Positions 10,148 through 20,636 of a stretch of 64,000 nucleotides of DNA are shown one piece after another (the stretch's first letter is position 1; each line of letters opens with the position of its first letter). Position numbers and translations under genes: made by a program. Location: assembly GCA_038727515.1 (NCBI GenBank), contig JAVYVS010000002.1:224001-288000 (forward strand). The letters are read 5' to 3'. This stretch comes from Candidatus Methanomethylicia archaeon (GTDB lineage Archaea; Thermoproteota; Methanomethylicia; Culexarchaeales; Culexarchaeaceae). The notes under the pieces are model-generated. The model was not told the origin of the DNA and made no database searches. It worked only from the letters and a program-made list of their open reading frames with translations.

Positions 10148-11248
10148 TTATGTTGTTTTCCATTGAATTTCATGTTCAAAGAATTTAGGTAATCTATCTA
10201 TATTCTCCTTACGTTTCCTATTATGTTCTTCAACATATTCTATTAAGGTTTTAGTTAATTTGTTTTTACATTCTCCACAAATTATTTCTCCATATGTACA
10301 TTTATTGTAATGTTCTTTTATTTCCTTTAGATTTTTGAAGTGGAATATAGATAACCATTCATATACAATACACTTTTCAGGTTCCCCCCCAAATTTTCTC
10401 TGTTCTTCTATTGTTGCTCTACCACCAGTAAAAGCAGCCCATATCTTCCTTTTAATGACTTTCGGTGAATCTGTTATGAATATCGATGTTTCTGGTTTCG
10501 AAGCTGACATAGGCTCTCCAGTTAAACCTCTAATGAATTTTAAGTATATTGATGCAGGTTTAAATATCTTCATTTTTCCAGCTATATCTCTACTTAATCT
10601 CATATATGGATCTTGATCCATCCCTATTGGAACTAGCACTGGATAATTATACATTATTGTAGGTCCAAGTATATGTGATGCTTGTACTGCTGCATAGAAT
10701 ATTTCACCTATATTTGTTTCTTCTTCAAATCCAAATGTTGCCTTCACTGTATTATATGTTAGATTTCTAGAGAAGTTTATTGCAAGTCTATAAACCCATT
10801 CACTTCTTGTTGATATGTATAGTTTTGTATCTTCTTCCTTAAATCCAAGTGATATTATACTTAGGGCATTGCTTAAAGCATATTTATACGCTTTTTCTAA
10901 ACTATCAACCTTTTGAAAAACGTATTTTTCATCATCTGATAATGGTATGAATACTTTTGCATTTAATTCTTCTTGAAGATATCTTATGAATTCAAAGAGG
11001 CATAAGTGTCCTAAATGTAATTCTTCTGATGGTCCTCTACCTGATACTATTGCAACGGTTTTCCCACCTTCCTTTTCCTTTAGGTATTTATCGAAATCTC
11101 TATGTGCAAATACCATATTTAATTGTAGAAATACATGTTTCTCTCTAAATTTATTTGCTATTTCTTCAGTGAAAGGTGAAGCTCCAAATACTTCTATGAG
11201 CTTACTATATTCTGCACTTTTCTCTAATTCCTTTATCTCACCAAACAC
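10148..11248 (-). CDS. trpS: Tryptophanyl-tRNA synthetase (archaeal type)
   Basis: HRDFD, SGRGPS..LHLGH (HIGH), DDEK, DQDPYMRL.RD, PMSAS (KMSKS), AFTGGR, CGECK. Confidence 0.95.
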   Translation of the reverse strand: MFGEIKELEKSAEYSKLIEVFGASPFTEEIANKFREKHVFLQLNMVFAHRDFDKYLKEKEGGKTVAIVSGRGPSEELHLGHLCLFEFIRYLQEELNAKVFIPLSDDEKYVFQKVDSLEKAYKYALSNALSIISLGFKEEDTKLYISTRSEWVYRLAINFSRNLTYNTVKATFGFEEETNIGEIFYAAVQASHILGPTIMYNYPVLVPIGMDQDPYMRLSRDIAGKMKIFKPASIYLKFIRGLTGEPMSASKPETSIFITDSPKVIKRKIWAAFTGGRATIEEQRKFGGEPEKCIVYEWLSIFHFKNLKEIKEHYNKCTYGEIICGECKNKLTKTLIEYVEEHNRKRKENIDRLPKFFEHEIQWKTT

Positions 11249-11310
11249 TATCCCTCATGGAGATCCTAATAATTATATTATTGATTTCGTTTTTATATTT
11301 TATCTTGGGA

Positions 11311-12237
11311 TTGACTTTGAAGGTTGCATACTCCTTTTCTCCAGCATCTATATCAAGCTTTTTTGCACCTTACATTGTTAATGATCCATTAAGATGTGGA
11401 GCTATTGGTGGAGGAGTTCCATTAAATGTTGGTGTTAAGGTTGCCGTGAAATTAGAGGAATCTAATTGTGGACTTTTATTGAAGTCTAGAATTAATGGTA
11501 AAAGTTTTGATTCATTTATTGTTAAGAAGGTTTTAGAATTGTTAAGTATAAATCGTGATTTGAATTATATTATTGAAGTTGATCAATTTATTGATGTTCC
11601 TATTGGTTGTGGTTATGGAACTAGTGGTGCAAGTGCATTGGCTGTTACCATGGCTTTATGTAAAGCATTAAATATTAACATGACATTTATGGGTATGGCT
11701 AGAATTGCACATTTAGTTGATTATTATTGTGGTACTGGACTTGGAACTGTTAGTGGTATTTTTGGTTGTGTTGGTGGAATTAGATTGATTGTTTCTCCAG
11801 GTGGCCCTGGATATGCTGTGGTGGATAGAATCTTTATTCCAAGAGATTGTTATATTGTTTCTGCAGCTTTTGGTCCTATTGATAAAAGGGATATTTTAAG
11901 GGATTCAAGTAGACTTAGTTATATTGAATCTCTCGGTAAAATGACATTAAATGATATTTTAAGAAATCCATCAATAGATAATTTCTTTAACTGTTGTAGA
12001 AATTTTGCATTTAAAGCTGGGTTTATGTCTCCACATTTGAAGAATTTATTTATGGATTTAGAGAAGGCTGGATTTTACTTGTTTACTCAAAATATGATTG
12101 GAGATGCTCTACATATACTTGTATATCCAGAAGATTTAGATAAAGTTAAAAGTATTTTAGTAAAATACTTTAGTGTTGATAGTATAATTACAGCTAGAGT
12201 GGAAGATCGTGGTCCTAGATATCTAGATCGTTTATGA
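11311..12237 (+). CDS. Pantoate kinase (archaeal GHMP kinase)
   Basis: FSPASISSFF, PIGCGYGTSGA, GTGLGTV, PGGPG, QNMIG. Start moved from 11257 to TTG 11311/11317 because the extra N-terminus looks non-homologous. Confidence 0.85.
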   Translation: MTLKVAYSFSPASISSFFAPYIVNDPLRCGAIGGGVPLNVGVKVAVKLEESNCGLLLKSRINGKSFDSFIVKKVLELLSINRDLNYIIEVDQFIDVPIGCGYGTSGASALAVTMALCKALNINMTFMGMARIAHLVDYYCGTGLGTVSGIFGCVGGIRLIVSPGGPGYAVVDRIFIPRDCYIVSAAFGPIDKRDILRDSSRLSYIESLGKMTLNDILRNPSIDNFFNCCRNFAFKAGFMSPHLKNLFMDLEKAGFYLFTQNMIGDALHILVYPEDLDKVKSILVKYFSVDSIITARVEDRGPRYLDRL

Positions 12238-12246
12238 AGATGTGGC

Positions 12247-13554
12247 GTGATGATCTTGGACGCCAGTAAAATTGCTAGAAGCATGGATTTAAAGGTTAAT
12301 AGTGTTTTATGGGTTGCTGGACCTGCTAAAATAAGTGTTATTAGTGGTCTTATTGAAATTTTCGGTGCGAAAATTAAAGCTGGAGAATCTGTTATTGTTA
12401 AGAGGTATAAATCTATTTACGTTAAAGCTTTAAATGATTCCAAATTGAGTATATCCTCTGAAGCATATGTTAAGAATGTAGATAGTGATGGTATACCTGA
12501 TGATTGGCGTAAACTTTCTCTTCAAATTCTCAATTTTAAAGGTAAAATTATGGTTTTAGGTGGTATTGATTCTGGTAAAAACACTCTTATCACCTTCTTA
12601 TCGAATCAATTATTTGATTTAGGTTTTAAAATAGGTGTTCTAGATGCTGATGTAGGTCAGAATGAATTAGGGCCTCCAACAACGTTAGCTTTAGGTTTAG
12701 TTAATCGTCCATTAACTTCCTTAGATAGATTGGAATTATTGAAGTGTATTTTTGTAGGTTCAACTTCTCCTGCATATGTTTATAAACGTTTATTTAATGG
12801 TTTGAATAAGCTTATTGCTGCATCTAGAAATTTCAATTTCGATTATCTCTTTATAAATACCACTGGATGGATATCTAATGGTGGTGTGAAGTTTAAAATT
12901 GAGAAGATTAAATTGGTAAAGCCTGATGTTATAATTGGTATTCAACGTGAGAATGAACTAGAACCTATATTTAATTCCATTGGTGATGAATATGTAGTTT
13001 TCAGAGTTTCAGCATCACAAATGGTTAGAGCTAGAGATAGATCTGATAGGAAGATGATTAGACAGATGAACTATTTTAAGTGGTTTACTAATGCAATGAA
13101 TAAGAAGGTTTTAATTGATGAATTGTATGGGATTGAACCTAACATTTTTAGTGGCTATCCATTGGATGATTTAAAGTTTAAACGTATTAGTGAACTTTTA
13201 GGTGTAAATATAATTTCATCTTTAATTGCAAATGATAATAAACTTGTAGCCATCACTACCAATGATATTGAAGTTGATAGTACTGTTAAAGATAAAATTA
13301 TAAGTGAATTTGGGGTTAAGGAAGTCATCCTCTTATCCTTCTCCAATCTAATACCACTTTTAATTGCCTTTGAAGATATTAATGGTGATTTTGCTGGGCT
13401 TGGAATAATTACAAATATGGATTTAAAGAATAAATGGATACAAGTATATACTAATGTGAGTATACCATGGAATAAACTCAAATTAATCTTAGGTTTAGTT
13501 AAAATAGATCCATTAAATTTCGATGAGATTGGTTTTTCCAATATCCCAATTTAA
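12247..13554 (+). CDS. Polynucleotide 5'-hydroxyl kinase, Clp1/Nol9/Grc3 family
   Basis: P-loop GGIDSGKNT, DADVGQ..GPPTT, INTTGW, R..R...R lid motif. Confidence 0.9.
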   Translation: MMILDASKIARSMDLKVNSVLWVAGPAKISVISGLIEIFGAKIKAGESVIVKRYKSIYVKALNDSKLSISSEAYVKNVDSDGIPDDWRKLSLQILNFKGKIMVLGGIDSGKNTLITFLSNQLFDLGFKIGVLDADVGQNELGPPTTLALGLVNRPLTSLDRLELLKCIFVGSTSPAYVYKRLFNGLNKLIAASRNFNFDYLFINTTGWISNGGVKFKIEKIKLVKPDVIIGIQRENELEPIFNSIGDEYVVFRVSASQMVRARDRSDRKMIRQMNYFKWFTNAMNKKVLIDELYGIEPNIFSGYPLDDLKFKRISELLGVNIISSLIANDNKLVAITTNDIEVDSTVKDKIISEFGVKEVILLSFSNLIPLLIAFEDINGDFAGLGIITNMDLKNKWIQVYTNVSIPWNKLKLILGLVKIDPLNFDEIGFSNIPI

Positions 13555-13598
13555 CCATTTTAACAATACCTTTTATTACTGTTTAAGCTTATTTTATT

Positions 13599-14348
13599 AT
13601 GGTAATTATGACTTTAAGACTTTATCTGGAGGATTCCTATATTAGGAGCTTTAAAGCTAAAGTTTTACGTATCGATAATTTTAATGATTTATTCCATGTG
13701 ACTCTGGATAAAACAGCCTTCTATCCCATTAGTGGTGGTCAAGATCATGATACTGGGATCATGAAGGGATTAAATGGACTATTTAAAGTTGTACGTGTTG
13801 AAGAATTAGAAGATGGGAATATAATTCATAAAGGGGTTTTAGATGGTTATATTAATGTTGGAAGTGAAGTTGAATGCTCTTTAGATTGGGATAGAAGGTA
13901 TAAATTGATGAAGATGCATACTGCAGCACACATAATAATACAATCAGTTAAGAAGTATTTTAATCAAAATGTTAATTGTGTGAGTGCAAATAAGAGTGTT
14001 AATGGTGGGCATCTTGACTTTCAAGCTCCTATACAGAGGGATATGTTGAGTAAAATTGAAGAAATTGCCAATACTATTATACGTGAAAATAGACCAATTT
14101 TAATTCATTATATGAATTTTGATGAGGCTGAAAGATATATTTCAAAGTTTGGTGAAAGTCTGGATTTATACTTAAGGAAGCATACAGTTAAAGGACCTAT
14201 TAGGATTGTAGAAGTTAAAGATTGGATTGCTATTCCATGTGGAGGTACCCATGTAAAGTTTAGTGGTGAGATAGGAGGTGTGAAAATTTTAAAGAGGGAG
14301 AGTAAGGGTAAAGGGGTTGTGAGAATATATTACAATGTTATTGAATAA
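13599..14348 (+). CDS. alaX: Alanyl-tRNA editing protein AlaX-M
   Basis: LYLEDSY, TAFYPISGGQDHDTG, MHTAAH (HxxxH), PCGGTHV (CxxxH). Confidence 0.92.
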   Translation: MVIMTLRLYLEDSYIRSFKAKVLRIDNFNDLFHVTLDKTAFYPISGGQDHDTGIMKGLNGLFKVVRVEELEDGNIIHKGVLDGYINVGSEVECSLDWDRRYKLMKMHTAAHIIIQSVKKYFNQNVNCVSANKSVNGGHLDFQAPIQRDMLSKIEEIANTIIRENRPILIHYMNFDEAERYISKFGESLDLYLRKHTVKGPIRIVEVKDWIAIPCGGTHVKFSGEIGGVKILKRESKGKGVVRIYYNVIE

Positions 14349-14361
14349 TTTTGCATTTTAT

Positions 14362-15279
14362 TTAAGCAAATAATTTTATCTTTGCTAGTAGGCTTTTCAT
14401 AGAGTATTTCAATGAGTAATGTAGTTCTGGACAATAATACTTCGTTTCCAACCCTCTTTCCCTATACCTCCTTCTTAATTCCATTAGACTTAACCCTAAT
14501 ACATTTATACTATCTGAAGCATATGTAAAAGTCCATTCACCACCGAATGATGGTACATAACTTGAGTATATCCCAACATATTTGAATAATTTCTTTAAAG
14601 ATGTCTGTATATCTAATATTACCCTTGGATACATTTCATATCCTGATGTTTGCGTTAATAGTATTCCACCATTATTCAATAGTCCCTTTATTTTTCTGAA
14701 AAATTCTATCCTATACAATTCTATTGCAGGTCCAGTAGGCTCTGGATCTGTTAAATCCATTAATATTACATCAAATTTTTCATGAGCTCTTTCAACATAT
14801 ATTTTGCCATCTTCAATTATTATCTTCACTCTTGGATCTTCAAAAGCTCCTCTTGGTATATTTGGTAGATAGTTTTTAACGGTTTTTATAACTTCTTCAT
14901 CTATTTCCACTATTGTTACCTCCTTTACGGTTTTATGTTTTAATACTTCTCTTAGAACTCCTCCATCTCCTCCACCTATTATCAATATCTTCTCCGGTTT
15001 TTCATGGCTTATTAATGCTGGGTGAACGTGCATTTCATGGTATAAACATTCATCTTTTTCAGATAATTGTATTAGATTATCTAATACTAGGCATTTACCA
15101 TACTCCTCGAACTCTATAACTTCTATTTTTTGATATTTAGATTGTGTATACGTTATTTTATCTTTTACTTCTAGCATTTTATATGTGTGTGGTGATGTTC
15201 TTTCTAGATAGTACTTTCCAAGTTTATACTCATCTGAAAAATCCATGTTTATCACTTTGATAATATTGGAATAATTCAA
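14362..15279 (-). CDS. speE: Polyamine aminopropyltransferase (spermidine synthase)
   Basis: SKYQKI, YHEMHVHP, LIIGGGDGG, VEID, DVILMDLTDP. The true start may be ATG about 15246. Confidence 0.93.
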   Translation of the reverse strand: MNYSNIIKVINMDFSDEYKLGKYYLERTSPHTYKMLEVKDKITYTQSKYQKIEVIEFEEYGKCLVLDNLIQLSEKDECLYHEMHVHPALISHEKPEKILIIGGGDGGVLREVLKHKTVKEVTIVEIDEEVIKTVKNYLPNIPRGAFEDPRVKIIIEDGKIYVERAHEKFDVILMDLTDPEPTGPAIELYRIEFFRKIKGLLNNGGILLTQTSGYEMYPRVILDIQTSLKKLFKYVGIYSSYVPSFGGEWTFTYASDSINVLGLSLMELRRRYRERGLETKYYCPELHYSLKYSMKSLLAKIKLFA

Positions 15280-15303
15280 ATATAACTGTTATCATTAAGT
15301 TAA

Positions 15304-15678
15304 TTGGTGATTTTCATTAAGAAGTTTTCATTTATTTTTGTGAATGAACTTGCTGGTGATATAGTTAGGGTTTTGGCTCTCTCTCTTGGTAGACTTTGGT
15401 TTAGTGAGCTTGTTGCAGAAGTTAATGCATTTAGGTCTACTTTGGGTATTAGTGAAATTGTAGATGAAGATAGTATTAGAAATTCTTTGAAGTTTCTTGA
15501 ATCTAATGGTATTGTTTATTGTGAAGATAGATTGAGAAGTCAATTACTTGGTGAAAGTGTTAAAGATACTTTGGTTTCATTGTTGAATTATGATTCTATA
15601 ATTAATGAGCTTAAGAATGATGAAAGGTATAATGCCTATATCTCTAAGTATCGTTCTTCATTTCTAAGTTTTACATAA
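15304..15678 (+). CDS. Hypothetical protein, possible winged helix
   Basis: Gap-filling ORF; LKFLESNGIV resembles a wHTH recognition-helix/wing segment. Confidence 0.55.
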   Translation: MVIFIKKFSFIFVNELAGDIVRVLALSLGRLWFSELVAEVNAFRSTLGISEIVDEDSIRNSLKFLESNGIVYCEDRLRSQLLGESVKDTLVSLLNYDSIINELKNDERYNAYISKYRSSFLSFT

Positions 15679-17026
15679 AATTGTTTTGTTGAATTATCCT
15701 CCTTTTTTCCTCAATGATCTTCATTATTTGTTGTGGATTTGGTGATCCAATATTACCTTTTATATTAATGTATTCTTGTACTCTTGTTGGTATCTTATTA
15801 GTTAACCCAATTTTTCCACTAATAATTCTTATAGCTTCATAAATATCGCTCTTCGCTTCTTTCAATGCTTCAGCCATGATTTCATGTGCCTTCCTATGTG
15901 GTATACCAAATTTTGTTGAGATATATTCCACTACTTCTGCTGCTATTATTGGATTGTTTTCGGCATCTTGCCTCATTCTTCTAGCATTTATTTTCATATC
16001 TTTTATTGCATCACTAATAACTTTTAGAGAGTTTTTGAGGTTTCTAGTTATATTCCATAGATGTTTTGTTGCTTCTTGTAGATCTAAATTGTATCCTGAG
16101 GGTAATCCCTTTATTATACTCATTATGGCTGTATTTTCCCCTATTGCTTCACCTGCCTGTGCCCTCATTACTTCCATTGTTACAGGGTTCTTTTTATGTG
16201 GCATTAAACTACTTGTTGCAAGATGTCCATCTGGTAGTTGTATGTAGTTGAATTGATTTGTTGACCATATTATTAGGTCTTCTGCTATTCTACTTAATGT
16301 TACTTGTAGTGCTGTTAATATTGATGATACTATTATCATAAAGCTTCTACTACCAGTAGCTTTAATGGTGTTTACATCTATGTTTTTCATTCCAAGGTTT
16401 TCTGCCATTCTAATTCTATCCATATTTACTATGCTTCCAGCTATAGCTCCTGAGCCTAAGGGTGATTTATCAATTATTTCATTTCTTATGTATTCCAATA
16501 TTTTTTGATATTCTTCCATTTCCTCCTCTATGTATAGTAGATAGTGGGCTAGTGTTATTGGTTGTGCTGATTGTAGATGTGTAAAACTTGGCATTATTGT
16601 TTCAATATTTTCTTCAGCTTTTCCCAGCAATATTATTCTTAATCTTATTATTTCGCTTATTATCGTATTTAATTCACTTTTTATATGTAGTTTTATTGCT
16701 GTAGCTACATGGTCATTTCTACTTTTCCCTAAACTTATAATTTTTGCTTCTTCTCCAAGTATTTTCTCCAATTCTATTTCAATAGCTTCATGTATATCTT
16801 CAGCTTCATTTTTAAATATCCTATCTTGCTCTTTCTCCAATATTTCTAATGCTTTAATGATTTTTTCACATTGTTCTTCACTTATCAATTTTTGTTCTTT
16901 TAATTCCTTTACATGTACTTTTAATGTAGTTATAACTTCAAGTGTTATTTCTCTATCTTCTTCCATGGAGCTTTCATATTCCATAAGCCATTTTTCTTGT
17001 TTTCCCAATAATCCTCTTCTATACAT
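15671..17026 (-). CDS. argH: Argininosuccinate lyase
   Basis: EDIH, GKSRNDHV, FTHLQSAQP, SSLMPHKKNP, YNLDLQE. Confidence 0.95.
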   Translation of the reverse strand: MYRRGLLGKQEKWLMEYESSMEEDREITLEVITTLKVHVKELKEQKLISEEQCEKIIKALEILEKEQDRIFKNEAEDIHEAIEIELEKILGEEAKIISLGKSRNDHVATAIKLHIKSELNTIISEIIRLRIILLGKAEENIETIMPSFTHLQSAQPITLAHYLLYIEEEMEEYQKILEYIRNEIIDKSPLGSGAIAGSIVNMDRIRMAENLGMKNIDVNTIKATGSRSFMIIVSSILTALQVTLSRIAEDLIIWSTNQFNYIQLPDGHLATSSLMPHKKNPVTMEVMRAQAGEAIGENTAIMSIIKGLPSGYNLDLQEATKHLWNITRNLKNSLKVISDAIKDMKINARRMRQDAENNPIIAAEVVEYISTKFGIPHRKAHEIMAEALKEAKSDIYEAIRIISGKIGLTNKIPTRVQEYINIKGNIGSPNPQQIMKIIEEKRRIIQQNNFM

Positions 17027-18217
17027 CTATTTTACATCCCTCAACTTTTGATTTGCCATTACTGTTTGCATACCCCATATTTCCACAAATCCTTCAGCCA
17101 TTTTCTGATTGAATGTGCTCCAAGCTTCATATGTCGCTATTTCTTTACTATATATGCTGTATTCAGATCTCCTACCAATACATATGATACTTCCCTTATA
17201 CAACTTTAATTTCACATCTCCATAAACTCTCTTTTGAGTTTCATTTATGAAGGCCTCTAAAGCTTTTCTAAGTGGACTCATCCATAAACCTGCATATGAT
17301 AGGTATGTCCATTCATCATCCACTATTTGTTTAAATCTTAATTCTTGTGATGTCAAAGTTAATTTTTCTAGATCTTTGTGTGCTTCTATTAATGTTATTG
17401 CTGCTGGTGCTTCATATACTTCTCTAGATTTTAATCCAACAATCCTATCTTCTATGTGGTCTATTCTTCCTATACCGTGTTTTCCAGCTAAATGATTTAA
17501 TTCAATTATTAAATCTTTGAATCTCATGTGTTCATCGTTCAGTTTTATTGGTTTTCCATTTTCAAAAGTTATTTTTATGATTTCAGGGGTTTCATTCGCT
17601 TTTTCTGGACTTACAGTTAATTTAAATATTTCTTCCGGTGGTTCTTGGTATGGATCTTCTAATACTCCGCACTCTATACTTCTACCCCATAAGTTTTCGT
17701 CAATACTGTAGGGGCTTTCACTTATTTTTACTGGCAGATTTCTTTTCTTAGCATATTCTATTTCCCAATCTCTTGTTAATCCCAGTTCTCTCACTGGTGC
17801 TATTACTTTTATCTTTGGATCCAATGATTTTATTGTTACATCAAATCTTATTTGATCGTTACCCTTTCCAGTACATCCATGTGCTACAGCATCAGCCCCC
17901 TCTTTTTTAGCTATTTCCACAAGTTTCTTTGCTATCAATGGTCTCGATATTGCACTTGATACTGGATACTTCTGTTGGTATAGTGCGTTTGCTTTTAATG
18001 CTGGGAGTACATATTCTTCTGCAAATTCTTCTCTTGCATCTATATTGTAGTGTTTTATTGATCCTGCTTTTATAGCTCTTTCTTCTATTTCTTCATAGTC
18101 TTTTTCTTGTCCAAGATTTAATGTTAAAGTTATTACTTCTGCATTATACTTTTCTTGGAGTATTTTTAGGAGTACTGTTGTATCTAATCCTCCTGAATAT
18201 GCTAATACAACTTTCAT
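17027..18217 (-). CDS. argG: Argininosuccinate synthase
   Basis: LAYSGGLDT, HGCTGKGNDQ.RF, YSIDENLWGRSIE, KSREVYEAP. Confidence 0.97.
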   Translation of the reverse strand: MKVVLAYSGGLDTTVLLKILQEKYNAEVITLTLNLGQEKDYEEIEERAIKAGSIKHYNIDAREEFAEEYVLPALKANALYQQKYPVSSAISRPLIAKKLVEIAKKEGADAVAHGCTGKGNDQIRFDVTIKSLDPKIKVIAPVRELGLTRDWEIEYAKKRNLPVKISESPYSIDENLWGRSIECGVLEDPYQEPPEEIFKLTVSPEKANETPEIIKITFENGKPIKLNDEHMRFKDLIIELNHLAGKHGIGRIDHIEDRIVGLKSREVYEAPAAITLIEAHKDLEKLTLTSQELRFKQIVDDEWTYLSYAGLWMSPLRKALEAFINETQKRVYGDVKLKLYKGSIICIGRRSEYSIYSKEIATYEAWSTFNQKMAEGFVEIWGMQTVMANQKLRDVK

Positions 18218-18274
18218 TTAAATCCTTAAAGGTGAATTTCACATTAATTTTTTATAGTTTTTGTGTTTTTTAAA

Positions 18275-18994
18275 TCATTTTCTTTTCTGTAATGTTACAT
18301 TTGTTCTATGTTTCATTATCATGTTTTCCACAACGTTATATGCTTTTTGAGCATCTCTTCTATCTACTATTAGTATTGTGTCTTCGTAGCATGATATTAT
18401 TTGAGTTATGTTTATTCCATTCCATGCTAATTGTGTTGTTACATATGAAACAAATCCCGGTACTTCTATAACTTCTACTGGACTTATTAGTATTATTGCT
18501 GATTGTTCATCTATTAATTTCTCTATGTTTTCTTCCCCTACTTCTCTAATTACTTCATCCATCACCTTTTTATCAAAGCTTAGTGTAAATGTTCTAGTAC
18601 CTTGACTTAATTGGAAGAATCTTGATTTAGATGCTATTTTCATTATTTCATCTAATCTATTCATTACTGCATTTTGCTTTACTGTTATCACAACTATATC
18701 GCTTTTTAATTCAATAGTGCTATTTTTAAGAAGCCAACTTATTCTATCCTCTAAGATATTCTCTTTCTCAGAAATTTCCTGTGAGAATCTTATTAAAGCT
18801 ACTTTTATAGCTTCTTCTCTTACTTTGCTTTTTTGAACAGCTTCTTCTACTTCACTCTTTATTTTTGATGCTAATGCAGAATAATTTATGATATCCATTT
18901 TTATGCAGTCTATTATGCTTGGATGATGTAAAATGATGTTCTTTGTGGCTTCAGCTATGGATAGTTCCTTCCTCTCCTGCTTCAAATTTATCAC
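18275..18994 (-). CDS. Archaeal ACT-domain protein (putative amino-acid-sensing regulator)
   Basis: IINYSALA N-terminal helical domain; C-terminal PGFVSY..L...GINI.QIISCYEDT ACT domain; lies upstream of argGH. Confidence 0.75.
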   Translation of the reverse strand: MINLKQERKELSIAEATKNIILHHPSIIDCIKMDIINYSALASKIKSEVEEAVQKSKVREEAIKVALIRFSQEISEKENILEDRISWLLKNSTIELKSDIVVITVKQNAVMNRLDEIMKIASKSRFFQLSQGTRTFTLSFDKKVMDEVIREVGEENIEKLIDEQSAIILISPVEVIEVPGFVSYVTTQLAWNGINITQIISCYEDTILIVDRRDAQKAYNVVENMIMKHRTNVTLQKRK

Positions 18995-19047
18995 TTTAAT
19001 TGATTTGTGTTTCTTATCTTTTTAATAAATATTATTATTTTGTTATT

Positions 19048-19356
19048 TTATGGTAGTATTGCTATAGCTTCTATATTCTCCTTACTAGTCTTCTTTATTC
19101 CCTGTTTAACATTTGGTGGGATTATTAAAATTTCTCCTGCCCTTACTTCTTTTTCCCAATTTTCAAATATTATAATGCCTTCACCCTTCAATACGATTAT
19201 AACTTCTCCCTTTGGATGTGAGTGAGGTGTTACTTCTCCCTCTATAACTACATATCTAACGGTTATTGGAACTCCAAGGTCTAAATTCACTAAAGTTTTC
19301 CTTTTTCCATATTCAGTCTTCTCCCATTCTATTTCATCAATATTCTTTATACTCAT
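19048..19356 (-). CDS. Cupin-domain protein
   Basis: PHSHPKGEVIIVLKGEG and GEILIIPPNVKQ. The last His of motif 2 is replaced by Gln. Confidence 0.85.
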   Translation of the reverse strand: MSIKNIDEIEWEKTEYGKRKTLVNLDLGVPITVRYVVIEGEVTPHSHPKGEVIIVLKGEGIIIFENWEKEVRAGEILIIPPNVKQGIKKTSKENIEAIAILP

Positions 19357-20600
19357 TTCTTCATCTCCTCAAATTCTCTCTTAACTTCTTTCATTAATTT
19401 TTCATCTAATAATAAGTCCATGGCACTACCAACAAGAACTTTTGTGGATAATATAGTTCTTCTCCTTCCTTCATCAGTCATTGTTGCATCTGCAAATTCT
19501 TTTGAATGCCCAGGTATAATTTCATTGGTTATTGGTATGGATGCTGATATGGCTGGTACAACTTGTGTTACATTTCCAAAATCTGTTGAAGCTACAGGTC
19601 CACGTCTAATAAGTTCTTCCATTGAAATTAATTTGAATCCATGTTCTATGAGATTTCTATCAACTATATCTGCAAGTTTATGGTAGATCTTCTTTTCTCT
19701 ATATAGTGGACCTACTTCTTCCACTTCATATTTCGTTTCAGTCATTATTGCAGCTCCCCTTATACAATTTAAAACCTTTTCCTTTAGAATATTGAAATAT
19801 TCTAAGTCTGCAGCTCTTATGCTTACCCTTGCTTCTGCATAATCTGGAATAATATTTGATGCTTCACCACCCTTTAATATTATCCCATGCATCCTTGCAT
19901 CCTTCCTAATATGCTGTCTTAAAGCATCTATACCTCTGAACATTATCATTACTGCATTTAATGCGTTTATCCCTAATTCTGGGTTTGCTGCTGCATGTGC
20001 AGTTTTACCTCTAAATACTACTCTAAAACTTTGTACTGCAAGAGCTTCAGTTCTAGTTGAAGCTTTTCCTCCACTCGTTGGATGCATCATTAAGACTGCA
20101 TCTATATCATTAAAAATACCCTTTTCAACCATCATTATTTTGCTTCCAGCATAAGGTCCATTACCTTCTTCAGCTGGTGTTCCTATAACTATTATTTCAC
20201 CATTTATTTTATGTATAACCTTTGATATTGCTATTGCAGCTCCAACAGCTGTAGCTGCTATTACATTATGTCCACATCCATGTCCAATTCCTGGTAATGC
20301 ATCATATTCCGCTAGAAATGCTATTTTAGGTTTTTCACTCATTCCTTTAAATGAAGCTTTAAAAGCCGTTTTCATACCTAGCAATTCTTCATCAACTTTA
20401 AATTCATGCTTCTTTAGAATTCCCGTTAAAAGATTGTATGCCTTAAATTCTTCACTTCCCAATTCCGGGTTTCTATATAGGTATTCACTTATAAAGAGTA
20501 TTTCATCTCTAAGTTTATCAACCCATGTAAGTGCTTCCGATTTTAATTCGTGCTTCATATTTAACTCTCCATTTAATTTTACTTTTAGCTTATATTTCAT
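19353..20600 (-). CDS. M20 family amidohydrolase (ACY1L2/AbgB-like)
   Basis: PELGSEE, AEYDALPGIGHGCGHN, GTPAEE, AHAAANPELGINAL, STDFGNV. Likely start ATG about 20558. Confidence 0.9.
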   Translation of the reverse strand: MKYKLKVKLNGELNMKHELKSEALTWVDKLRDEILFISEYLYRNPELGSEEFKAYNLLTGILKKHEFKVDEELLGMKTAFKASFKGMSEKPKIAFLAEYDALPGIGHGCGHNVIAATAVGAAIAISKVIHKINGEIIVIGTPAEEGNGPYAGSKIMMVEKGIFNDIDAVLMMHPTSGGKASTRTEALAVQSFRVVFRGKTAHAAANPELGINALNAVMIMFRGIDALRQHIRKDARMHGIILKGGEASNIIPDYAEARVSIRAADLEYFNILKEKVLNCIRGAAIMTETKYEVEEVGPLYREKKIYHKLADIVDRNLIEHGFKLISMEELIRRGPVASTDFGNVTQVVPAISASIPITNEIIPGHSKEFADATMTDEGRRRTILSTKVLVGSAMDLLLDEKLMKEVKREFEEMKK

Positions 20601-20636
20601 ACAATATTTAACTATTCCTATTCATAATATTATCAT

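Noticed and set aside
11257-11310. Apparent N-terminal TM/signal peptide on pantoate kinase
   Set aside because: Spans the AT-rich divergent promoter region with trpS; homology starts at about LKVAYSFSP, so a downstream TTG is the likelier start.
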